From Lachnospiraceae bacterium (lineage in GTDB: Bacteria > Bacillota > Clostridia > Lachnospirales > Lachnospiraceae): DNA of 64,000 nucleotides. Numbering within the stretch: the stretch's first letter is position 1; each line of letters opens with the position of its first letter. The notes under the pieces were generated by a model that was not told the origin of the DNA, ran no database searches, and saw only the letters and a list, made by a program, of their open reading frames with translations. The DNA lies in the NCBI GenBank assembly GCA_045627365.1, contig JAZQNN010000031.1:1-64000 (forward strand), written 5' to 3'. The position numbers were made by a program, and so were the translations under genes. This document shows positions 56,192 through 64,000 of the stretch, in pieces.

Positions 56192-57402
56192 GATCTGTAG
56201 CTCCCGTTAATCTTTACGTAATCATATGTCAGATCGCATCCCCAGGCGGTAACCTTTTCGGTGCCGTCCTTAAGGTCGATAAGTATCTCGATCTCATCCT
56301 TCATCAGGATCTCCTTGGCAAGCTCTTCTGAGAAATCAACGCCCGCTCCGTCAACGCAAACTGTGATCTCGCCGGCTTCGCTCTTAAAAGCAACATCGAT
56401 TTTGGTTACGTCAACGTCAGCTCCTGAATAACCGATCGCGCACAGAACACGTCCCCAGTTGGCATCTGCGCCGAACATCGCTGCTTTGAAAAGTGATGAG
56501 CAGATAACGCTCTTGGCTACTGTAACGCCCGTAACACGGTCTTTAGCGCCTGAAACGGTGCACTCCAAGAGTTTGCTTGCGCCCTCGCCGTCCTTGGCCA
56601 TCTGGCGCGCCAGGTAAGTCGTGATCACATTGAATGCAGCAGCAAATGCTTCGTAATCAGCGCCCTCTGAGTCGATGAGCTTATTGCCTGCAAGGCCGTT
56701 GGCCATAACAGTGACCATATCGTTGGTAGATGTATCTCCGTCTACGCTGATCATGTTGAATGACTTCTCAATGTCAGCAGAAAGGATCTTCTGAAGCATT
56801 TCGGAAGTGATGGCCGCGTCTGTAGTGATAAATCCGAGCATTGTAGCCATATTCGGGTGGATCATTCCGCTGCCCTTGGACATGCCGCCCATACGGCAGG
56901 TCGTGCCGCCGATCTCAAATTCAACGGCGATCTCCTTCATGACTGTATCTGTCGTCATGATCGCGGTGGCTGCGTCCTTATTGCCTGTAACTGAAAGCCC
57001 GAGGAAAAGGTCCTTAATGGTTGCTGCGATCGGTACGAGGCTTAACTTCTGACCGATAACGCCGGTCGATGCTACGATCACGTCTTCTGCCTTGATACCG
57101 CACTGGTTGGCAACCAGTTTGCACATGCCCTCGGCGATCTCGATGCCGTTGGAATTGCAGGTGTTGGCATTGCCGGAATTGCAGATCATAGCCTGAGCCA
57201 CGCCATTGGCGATATTGTTCTTAGTAACGGTAAGAGGTGCGCCCTTGACCAGATTGGTCGTATAAACGCCTGCGGCAGCTGCCGGAACTTCGCTCATAAT
57301 AAGGGCAAGGTCCTTACGGGTAGCTTCTTTCCTGAGTCCGCAATGAATGCCGTTTGCTTTAAATCCTTTTGCAGCGCAAACTCCGCCTTCGATTATCTTC
57401 AT
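56188..57402 (-). CDS. argJ: Bifunctional glutamate N-acetyltransferase / amino-acid acetyltransferase
   Basis: ArgJ autoproteolysis site (PNMATMLGF) and 404 aa. It overlaps argB by 4 nt. Confidence 0.9.
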   Translation of the reverse strand: MKIIEGGVCAAKGFKANGIHCGLRKEATRKDLALIMSEVPAAAAGVYTTNLVKGAPLTVTKNNIANGVAQAMICNSGNANTCNSNGIEIAEGMCKLVANQCGIKAEDVIVASTGVIGQKLSLVPIAATIKDLFLGLSVTGNKDAATAIMTTDTVMKEIAVEFEIGGTTCRMGGMSKGSGMIHPNMATMLGFITTDAAITSEMLQKILSADIEKSFNMISVDGDTSTNDMVTVMANGLAGNKLIDSEGADYEAFAAAFNVITTYLARQMAKDGEGASKLLECTVSGAKDRVTGVTVAKSVICSSLFKAAMFGADANWGRVLCAIGYSGADVDVTKIDVAFKSEAGEITVCVDGAGVDFSEELAKEILMKDEIEILIDLKDGTEKVTAWGCDLTYDYVKINGSYRS

Positions 57403-58328
57403 ATGTTCAAACCCTCGTTTTCTTTAAGTCCTAATACTATATTCATATTCTGGATCGCCGCGCCTGATGCTCCCTTGCCGAGATTGTCAAAACGTGAAAC
57501 CAGAAGAATTCTCTCGTTATTTCCGCAAACGGAGATCTCCATATCGTCTCTGCCTGCGTATGCTCCTGCGCTCATGAAGCCTGCTTCGTCGGCTTCCGCG
57601 TTAAAATGCACCAGTCCGCCTTCGCCGTAATACATCTGATAAATGCCCTTGATCTCGTCGATCCCGGCGTACGCGTCCTTCATAGAAAGGCTTACTACCA
57701 CTTCCATGCCTGCGTAGAAGTCGCCTACTATCGGGCAGAAAACAGGAGTCTTATTGAGGCCGGTGTACTTGACCATCTCCGGGATGTGCTTGTGCATCTG
57801 GGTAAGACCGTACATTCTCGGCGCGTCAAGCAGTACGCTTCTTTCAGGTGACTCGTAATCTGCGATCATCTTCTTGCCGCCGCCTGAATAACCGGTGAGT
57901 GAGAAACACGAAAGCTGTGCATCCTTCGGAATAACGCCCTTTTGAACAAGCGGAGCGACCAGTGATATGAAGCCGCTTGCATGGCATCCCGGATTGGCGA
58001 TACGCTTGGAACCTTGTATCTTCTGTCTCATACCGGTAAGCTCTGCAAATCCGTATGCCCATCCATCAGCCGTTCTGTGTGCGGTGGACGTGTCGATGAT
58101 AACTGTCTTATCCTCAGGGGTTATAAGGCTTACAGCCTCTCTTGCCGCGTCATCCGGAAGACACAGGAACGCTACATCAGCCGCAAGGATCGCATCTTTT
58201 CTTGCGTCGGGACTCTTTCTGAGTTCCTCCGGCAGCTTGATAAGCTCAATGTCTGCCCTTCCCGAAAGCCTGTCATATATTCTCAGGCCGGTCGTGCCTG
58301 ATGAACCGTCAATAAATACTTTTGTCAT
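57399..58328 (-). CDS. argC: N-acetyl-gamma-glutamyl-phosphate reductase (short, 'uncommon' form)
   Basis: 309 aa; MTKVFIDGSSGTTG; catalytic Cys in IANPGCHASG. Confidence 0.85.
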   Translation of the reverse strand: MTKVFIDGSSGTTGLRIYDRLSGRADIELIKLPEELRKSPDARKDAILAADVAFLCLPDDAAREAVSLITPEDKTVIIDTSTAHRTADGWAYGFAELTGMRQKIQGSKRIANPGCHASGFISLVAPLVQKGVIPKDAQLSCFSLTGYSGGGKKMIADYESPERSVLLDAPRMYGLTQMHKHIPEMVKYTGLNKTPVFCPIVGDFYAGMEVVVSLSMKDAYAGIDEIKGIYQMYYGEGGLVHFNAEADEAGFMSAGAYAGRDDMEISVCGNNERILLVSRFDNLGKGASGAAIQNMNIVLGLKENEGLNI

Positions 58329-58330
58329 CT

Positions 58331-59719
58331 TTATTCTCCCAAATACTCAGCGATCTGCTTTTTGACCAGGCTCAGCTGCTCCATTACCGACGCGGTGCCG
58401 GTGCCGCCTTTGCTTATCCTCTTCTCCATACAATTCTTAAGGTCAACAGCCTCATAAATATCTGTATCGAAGAGTTCGCTGAAATTCTTATATTCGTCAA
58501 GTCCCAGTGTTTCAAGGACCTTTCCCTGACTGATGCAGTAAGCAACTATCTGTCCGGAGATCTTGTACGCGCTTCTGAAAGGAAGCCCCTTACCTACGAG
58601 GTAATCCGCAACGTCCGTCGCATTGATGAAGCCGCCCTGCGCTGCTTTCAGCATATTCTCAGGGATCGCTTTCATGGTCGCGATCATCGGTGCAAATACG
58701 TCCAGACACATCTTCACATTGTCGCATGCGTCAAATATCTGTTCCTTGTCCTCCTGCATATCCTTATTATATGCGAGCGGAAGGCCTTTCATGATGGTAA
58801 GAAGAGCCATAAGATCGCCGTATACCCTGCCGGTCTTGCCCCTTACAAGCTCCGCCATATCAGGGTTTTTCTTCTGCGGCATTATCGAAGAGCCTGTCGT
58901 ATAAGCGTCCGAAAGCTCAACGAATTTGAATTCCCATGATGACCACAGAATAACTTCCTCGCTGAATCTTGAAAGATGCATCATCATGATTGCAAGATCA
59001 CTTGCCAGCTCAATAGCAAAATCCCTGTCGGACACACCGTCAAGTGAATTCATGCACAGGCCGTCAAATCCGAGAAGTCCCGCCTCCATATCGCGGTCTG
59101 TCTCATATGTGGTCCCCGCAAGTGCGCAGCAGCCGATCGGCGAATAATTCAGCCTGCCTGAGCAATCAGAAAGCCTGCTCACGTCACGCAGAAGCATCTG
59201 CACATAAGCCAGAAGATGCTGGGCAAAGTTTATCGGCTGAGCCCTCTGAAGATGCGTGTATCCCGGCATGATCGAGTCCACATTGGCCTCCGCCTGTTCG
59301 CAGATAGCCGAAACAAGCGTCATGACTTTGTCCCTGATCTCACCGATTTCATCGCGAAGGTACATCCTGATGTCCAGTGCGACCTGGTCGTTTCTTGAAC
59401 GCGCGGTGTGGAGCTTTTTGCCCACATCTCCGAGGCGTTCGGTGAGCACCTGCTCGACAAACATGTGGATGTCTTCACAGCTTTCGTCGATCAAAAGTGC
59501 CCCGGATTCAAGATCCTTTAATATGCCTTGAAGGCCGCTCGTTAATTCGGCGGCCTCCTCTTTGGTTATTATGTTCTGCGCTCCGAGCATAGCCGCATGA
59601 GCCATGCTTCCCTGGATGTCCTGTTTGTACATCCTCTTATCCACGCTTATAGAAGAATTGAAGTCGTCTGCGATCTTATCAACTGCTCCGGCTGTTCTTC
59701 CTTCCCACATCTTAGCCAT
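58331..59719 (-). CDS. argH: Argininosuccinate lyase
   Basis: Fumarase/ASL family; GSSIMPQKKNPD signature. Confidence 0.9.
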   Translation of the reverse strand: MAKMWEGRTAGAVDKIADDFNSSISVDKRMYKQDIQGSMAHAAMLGAQNIITKEEAAELTSGLQGILKDLESGALLIDESCEDIHMFVEQVLTERLGDVGKKLHTARSRNDQVALDIRMYLRDEIGEIRDKVMTLVSAICEQAEANVDSIMPGYTHLQRAQPINFAQHLLAYVQMLLRDVSRLSDCSGRLNYSPIGCCALAGTTYETDRDMEAGLLGFDGLCMNSLDGVSDRDFAIELASDLAIMMMHLSRFSEEVILWSSWEFKFVELSDAYTTGSSIMPQKKNPDMAELVRGKTGRVYGDLMALLTIMKGLPLAYNKDMQEDKEQIFDACDNVKMCLDVFAPMIATMKAIPENMLKAAQGGFINATDVADYLVGKGLPFRSAYKISGQIVAYCISQGKVLETLGLDEYKNFSELFDTDIYEAVDLKNCMEKRISKGGTGTASVMEQLSLVKKQIAEYLGE

Positions 59720-59748
59720 AGTTTTGATCCTTTATTGTGTCTGTCTGA

Positions 59749-60978
59749 TTAGTAAAGCTCCGGATGAGCTGCCTGGGCAATTGCCTGAACCTTGATTGGA
59801 AGTCCGAAGAGATTTATGAAGCCTGCGGAATCCTTCTGATCGTAATCGCTCTCACCGAATGTTGCCATTTCCTCGCTGTAAAGTGAATATGGGCTGGTGA
59901 TCGAGGACTTGATGATATTGCCCTTGTAAAGCTTCAGCTTGACTTGTCCGGTCACATGCTCCTGTGTCTTGTCAACAAATGCTGCCAGAGCCTCACGAAG
60001 CGGTGTGAACCACTGTCCGTTGTATACGAGCTCGCCGTAGGTGATGGCAAGTTTCTGCTTCTCGTGCATGGTCATCTTGTCAAGGGTGATCGTCTCAAGT
60101 GCTGCGTGAGCAGCGTAAAGGATGGTTCCGCCAGGTGTCTCATACACGCCACGGCTCTTCATACCTACGAGACGGTTCTCAACGATGTCAAGAAGTCCGA
60201 TTCCGTTTGCTCCGCCAAGCTCATTGAGCTTAAGGATGATCTCCTTAGCACTCTTCTTCTCTCCGTCGATCGCAACCGGTGCGCCTTTTTCAAAATCAAG
60301 AGTTACGTAGGTAGGCTCATCAGGTGCCTTAATCGGTGAAACGCCCATCTCAAGGAAGCCTTCCTTTTCGTAAAGCGGCTCATTTGAAGGGAACTCAAGA
60401 TCGAGGCCTTCGTGTGAAAGATGCCACAGGTTCTTGTCCTTGGAGTAGTTGGTCTCACGGTTGATCTTCAGAGGAATGTTGTGAGCCTCTGCGTAGTCGA
60501 TCTCCTCGTCACGTGATTTGATGTCCCACTCACGCCACGGAGCGATGATAGGCATATTCGGGCAAAATGACTTGAACGCAAGTTCGAAACGAACCTGATC
60601 ATTTCCCTTACCTGTGCAGCCATGGCAGATCGCGTCAGCGTGTTCCTTGATTGCGATCTCAGCAAGTGCCTTGGCGATGCAAGGACGAGCGTGGCTGGTT
60701 CCGAGAAGGTAATCTTCGTATACAGCGCCGGCCTTAACGCACGGAATAATATAGTTGTCAACGTAATCGTCGGTAAGATCGAGGATGTAGAGTTTGGAAG
60801 CGCCGGTCTTAAGAGCCTTCTCCTCAAGACCGTCCAGCTCGCCGGTCTGTCCAACATTACCGGAAACAGCAACTACTTCGCAGTTGTTGTAATTTTCTTT
60901 AAGCCACGGAATGATAATGGAAGTATCAAGTCCGCCTGAGTATGCAAGAACTACTTTTTTGATGTCAGCTTTATTCAT
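59749..60978 (-). CDS. argG: Argininosuccinate synthase
   Basis: Begins [20 protein letters not shown], a PP-loop ATPase. ATG 60978 follows an AAGGAGA Shine-Dalgarno. Confidence 0.9.
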   Translation of the reverse strand: MNKADIKKVVLAYSGGLDTSIIIPWLKENYNNCEVVAVSGNVGQTGELDGLEEKALKTGASKLYILDLTDDYVDNYIIPCVKAGAVYEDYLLGTSHARPCIAKALAEIAIKEHADAICHGCTGKGNDQVRFELAFKSFCPNMPIIAPWREWDIKSRDEEIDYAEAHNIPLKINRETNYSKDKNLWHLSHEGLDLEFPSNEPLYEKEGFLEMGVSPIKAPDEPTYVTLDFEKGAPVAIDGEKKSAKEIILKLNELGGANGIGLLDIVENRLVGMKSRGVYETPGGTILYAAHAALETITLDKMTMHEKQKLAITYGELVYNGQWFTPLREALAAFVDKTQEHVTGQVKLKLYKGNIIKSSITSPYSLYSEEMATFGESDYDQKDSAGFINLFGLPIKVQAIAQAAHPELY

Positions 60979-61025
60979 GTTTATTCTCCTTTTTAGGTGT
61001 AATCTGTTCGTTTTTGTGTATATTA

Positions 61026-61127
61026 TGCATTTGTGATGAATAATATGCACTCTTTATACTCTTAGTAAATGATGTTGTCAATCTTTTTCGCAGCAAAAGT
61101 TGTATAAAATGCATATATTCTGCATAT
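61026..61127. promoter_or_regulatory. argG upstream region with four TGCAT(A) motifs (two spaced 11 bp apart); candidate ArgR/AhrC operator region
   Basis: TATGCATTTGTGATGAATAATATGCAC at 61024-61050 contains a TGAATAAT core. AAAATGCATATATTCTGCATATTCAAC at 61106-61132 carries a TGCATAT direct repeat at 61110 and 61121. Both are 50-150 bp upstream of the argG ATG. Confidence 0.3.
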
Positions 61128-61130
61128 TCA

Positions 61131-61158
61131 ACAAAATAGCCGCCCGGAAAGGACGGCT
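61131..61158 (-). terminator. Probable intrinsic terminator after the MBL-fold hydrolase gene
   Basis: Minus-strand hairpin AGCCGUCC-UUUCC-GGGCGGCU with one mismatch, followed by AUUUUGUU. Confidence 0.45.
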
Positions 61159-61180
61159 TTTGTTTAATTTTTCAGTTTCG

Positions 61181-61891
61181 TCACTTCTTAAAGTCCATAA
61201 AGAACCCGCAGACTCCGCAGTCAAACTTAAGTACCTGTCTTCCGTGGAGGTCCGTTTCTTCGCCCTCTACCTCGCCGTCACGTATAGCGAGCATTGCATC
61301 GAATACCTCTCCGATCATGTCCGGTGCAATTGACAGTGAACCATGGCTTGGATACAGAATGTCAAATCTTTCATCTTCTGCTTCGAGTTTCATCAGGCTT
61401 GCCGGAAATTCGTCAGGGATCCTGTGGTCGCCCTGCATATAGATCGTTGAATCCTGAACCGAATCGCCTGTAAAAAGAGCCCTTGCGTTGATATCAAGAA
61501 GAGCTATGCTCCCCTTGGTATGACCCGGGATCGCAATAACCTCGATCGGACGTCCTCCAAGGTCTATTACCTCGCCGTCTTCAAGTGTTTCGACGGGAAT
61601 CTTCTTAAGACCTGTGCGCTCGCATGCAGCCTCATAGGTCTCGATCTCATCCGCATGCATGTAGCACTTTTTAAACTGGCTGTTGCAGTGAATGTGGTCA
61701 GGATCCGAATGCGTATTTACAAGCATTATCGGTAATTTCGTAAGGTCCTCAACTATCTCGCGGACATTCTCCGTTGTCTGACCGCTGTCGATAAGCATTG
61801 CCTTTTCGCTTCCTTCAAGCAGAAAGAACCTTACATTACCATTGTCTACAGCCCAGGCGTTTTCATATATTTTTATGATCTTGTCGCTCAT
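61181..61891 (-). CDS. MBL-fold metallo-hydrolase
   Basis: HSDPDHIH metal motif and downstream His/Asp ligands. ATG 61891 follows a GAGGAG Shine-Dalgarno. Confidence 0.6.
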   Translation of the reverse strand: MSDKIIKIYENAWAVDNGNVRFFLLEGSEKAMLIDSGQTTENVREIVEDLTKLPIMLVNTHSDPDHIHCNSQFKKCYMHADEIETYEAACERTGLKKIPVETLEDGEVIDLGGRPIEVIAIPGHTKGSIALLDINARALFTGDSVQDSTIYMQGDHRIPDEFPASLMKLEAEDERFDILYPSHGSLSIAPDMIGEVFDAMLAIRDGEVEGEETDLHGRQVLKFDCGVCGFFMDFKK

Positions 61892-61892
61892 C

Positions 61893-63077
61893 TTACTCCT
61901 CTGCTTCATGATCATCGCTGATGATCTCTTCTGCATTCTCGATAACTTCGGTTGTTTCAAGTGCGTCCTCAGTTTCAGTCGTTATCTCAAAGTCTGCATC
62001 TTCTTCCAATGCTTCTTTTATTTCTTCGTCGATCGCGTCTGACTCTGCCTCGGCTACAGACTGCATGTCGACATTGTCGGAGCGTCCTTCGTTTTCGGTC
62101 TCAACGAACTCCCATGCGCTCCTGGCGTCCGCCTTCTTGCCTTCCTTCTTAGCGCGGTTGTAGGCCAGTGTTCCCGGTTCCCCGTCAACAAGTACCTTAT
62201 GGAAATCAGGCACCCATTTGCCGGATGCGATCCTTATTCTGTTGATAACAAGAATTACCAGAGCGCCTGCTACAAGAGCAACTGAAAGGAGCTGTGATAC
62301 TGCTATTCCGCTGTTTCCGATCTGAAGCTGGTCGGTGCGCAGGCCTTCAACGAATGCCCTTTCGATCGCGTATCCGCCGATGTACCAGAGAACTATTTCT
62401 CCGTTGTACTGCTGGAATTTGCTGAAAACCATGATCAGGATGAATACCAGAAGGCACCATGCCGACTCGTAAAGGAATGTCGGATGTACCTGAATATACT
62501 GAACTCCGTCAACGGTGACGAGATTATTCATGATCGTTTCTGAAATAACTCCGCCTGCCTCTGACTTCTTGATCAGCATCTTGAAGAATGAATCGGTGTA
62601 CTCTCCGTAAGCTTCCATATTGAAGAAGTTGCCCCAGCGGCCGATCGCCTGTGCCAGGATGATCGTTGGCGCGCAGGTGTCAAGGATGCGCAGGAAAGAG
62701 ATTTTCTTGACTTTGGCTACGATAAACGCAGCAATACATCCGCCGATCACACCGCCGTAAATAGCCAGTCCGCCGTTTCTGATGTTGATCACATCGGCGA
62801 AGCTGTCAAACTCGTCCAGACTGAACAGCACATAATACAGCCTTGCGCAGATTATTGCCGCGATCACAGAAAAGATCGCTACATCGATATAATCGTCCGT
62901 ATCCTGATTGGTGGCCTTGGCTCTCAAACAGGCGATTATTACGGCAAGTATCATTCCCAAAGCTATCACAACTCCGTAATAAGCAATGAAGAACTTGCCT
63001 CCGAACAGGTAAAAACCATTCGACAAACTGTCGATCGTGATCCCGAGATTCGGGAAAATAATTGACGGGCCTTCCAT
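61893..63077 (-). CDS. lgt: Prolipoprotein diacylglyceryl transferase with a roughly 110 aa acidic C-terminal extension
   Basis: Lgt signature region (GRWGNFFN, several TM helices), then a tail rich in D/E (...EEIKEALEEDADFEITTETEDALETTEVIENAEEIISDDHEAEE). Confidence 0.85.
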   Translation of the reverse strand: MEGPSIIFPNLGITIDSLSNGFYLFGGKFFIAYYGVVIALGMILAVIIACLRAKATNQDTDDYIDVAIFSVIAAIICARLYYVLFSLDEFDSFADVINIRNGGLAIYGGVIGGCIAAFIVAKVKKISFLRILDTCAPTIILAQAIGRWGNFFNMEAYGEYTDSFFKMLIKKSEAGGVISETIMNNLVTVDGVQYIQVHPTFLYESAWCLLVFILIMVFSKFQQYNGEIVLWYIGGYAIERAFVEGLRTDQLQIGNSGIAVSQLLSVALVAGALVILVINRIRIASGKWVPDFHKVLVDGEPGTLAYNRAKKEGKKADARSAWEFVETENEGRSDNVDMQSVAEAESDAIDEEIKEALEEDADFEITTETEDALETTEVIENAEEIISDDHEAEE

Positions 63078-63097
63078 AATATCCTCCTTAGTCTGTA

Positions 63098-64000
63098 TCA
63101 GACGTTGAATCTGAATACAACGATATCGTCATCCTGCATTACGTAATCTTTGCCCTCCATACGTACAAGGCCTTTCTCACGTGCAGCGTTATATGAGCCG
63201 AGCTCGATCAGGTCGTGGTAGTTGACTACTTCGGCCTTGATAAAGCCACGTTCGAAATCAGTATGGATCTTGCCGGCTGCCTGAGGCGCTTTGGTTCCCT
63301 TGGCAATAGTCCATGCACGGACTTCTTTCTTGCCCGCAGTCAGGAAACTCGTGAGCCCCAGCGTTGAGAAGCTTGCTTTGATCAGCTTATCAAGGCATGA
63401 CTCAGAAAGGCCCATGTCCTCAAGGAACATAGCCTTCTCTTCATCGTCGAGTTCTGCCAGCTCTTCTTCCATCTTGGCTGATACCGCAAATACCTCCGAC
63501 TCCATCCCGGCTGCGTATTCGCGTACTTTCTGTACCATCTCGTTGGATGCGCCGTCATCGGCCAGATCGTCCTCGCAGACATTTGCCGCAAAGATGACCG
63601 GCTTGCCCGTAAGAAGATTGAAATCGGCAGCGACCTGCGCCTCTTCCTTGCCAAGCTCCATCGTCTTTGCAATATTACCTGCTTCAAGATGTGCCTTGAA
63701 GCGCTCAAGAAGCGCCAGTTCCGCAGCGAGTGCTTTGTCAGCCTTGGCTCCTCTTACGGTCTTGGCGATACGTCTTTCAATTACCTCAAGATCGGCAAAA
63801 ATAAGCTCCAGATTGATCGTCTCGATGTCTCTTATCGGATCGACCGAGCCGTCAACATGAATGACATTCTCATCCTCAAAACATCTTACAACATGAACGA
63901 TCGCATCAACTTCCCTGATGTTTCCGAGGAACTGGTTGCCGAGTCCTTCACCCTTGGACGCGCCTTTTACAAGGCCGGCGATATCAACAAATTCAACTGT
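63098..64000 (-). CDS. ychF: Ribosome-binding ATPase YchF (C-terminal two-thirds; N-terminus beyond window end)
   Basis: The frame is open to the window edge and translates ...TVEFVDIAGLVKGASKGEGLGNQFLGNIREVDAIVHVVRCFEDENVIHVDG..., ending in a TGS domain ...YVMQDDDIVVFRFNV. Confidence 0.85.
   Translation of the reverse strand, partial: TVEFVDIAGLVKGASKGEGLGNQFLGNIREVDAIVHVVRCFEDENVIHVDGSVDPIRDIETINLELIFADLEVIERRIAKTVRGAKADKALAAELALLERFKAHLEAGNIAKTMELGKEEAQVAADFNLLTGKPVIFAANVCEDDLADDGASNEMVQKVREYAAGMESEVFAVSAKMEEELAELDDEEKAMFLEDMGLSESCLDKLIKASFSTLGLTSFLTAGKKEVRAWTIAKGTKAPQAAGKIHTDFERGFIKAEVVNYHDLIELGSYNAAREKGLVRMEGKDYVMQDDDIVVFRFNV

Noticed and set aside
1-64000. Mobile elements, prophage remnants, CRISPR arrays, tRNA or rRNA genes
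   Set aside because: No transposase, integrase or recombinase-like ORFs. No direct-repeat arrays with regular spacers. Intergenic regions are all under 260 nt and none folds into or resembles tRNA-length structured RNA.

Overview
This 64 kb window is a chromosomal core region from a low-GC-type Gram-positive anaerobe (Clostridia-like codon usage and gene content, about 50% GC). It is almost entirely coding and mostly on the minus strand. I found no rRNA, tRNA, CRISPR array, transposase or integrase.

Gene content in order:
- 3' end of pcrA and a YerC-like regulator.
- An SPFH / double-zinc-ribbon / TPM membrane module (YdjGHI-like) with no pspA.
- mgtE and a membrane alpha/beta hydrolase.
- A co-linear competence cluster: comM, dprA, topA, comEA, an orphan OmpR-type winged helix, comEC.
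- A 17 kb same-strand pyrimidine-then-purine super-operon: pyrC-K-D-F-E-B-I followed directly by purE-C-F-M-N-[PurO-like]-H-D-L.
- One-carbon/folate genes: folD, fchA, fhs, folC.
- trmO, fba, and PPi-dependent pfp.
- A MarR-MATE-SDR-ADC-like operon and a convergent second MATE.
- trxB, nrdD, nrdG.
- The arginine operon argGHCJBDF.
- An MBL-fold hydrolase, lgt, and the 3' part of ychF.

The most notable observations:
1. The class III ribonucleotide reductase NrdD carries a C-terminal NrdH/glutaredoxin-like CPNC domain and sits directly upstream of a thioredoxin reductase gene.
2. The purH (AICARFT) frame has a single in-frame TGA at 21906-21908, while TGA is used as a normal stop elsewhere in the window.
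3. PurF starts MGGFFGI, so the catalytic N-terminal Cys of the glutaminase domain is absent.
4. purH is split into an AICARFT-only protein plus an archaeal PurO-type IMP cyclohydrolase.
5. A perfect 10 bp inverted repeat sequesters the comEA Shine-Dalgarno.
6. Several candidate operators are visible: a MarR palindrome over the -10, a Rex-like box between fba and pfp, NrdR-like boxes upstream of nrdG, and TGCATAT repeats upstream of argG.
7. A membrane protein with a roughly 150 aa Ser/Thr/Arg-rich cytoplasmic tail is paired with a phosphodiester glycosidase-like protein.

The provided ORF track marks alternative GTG/TTG starts as M. Where a downstream ATG with a good Shine-Dalgarno exists, I used it.
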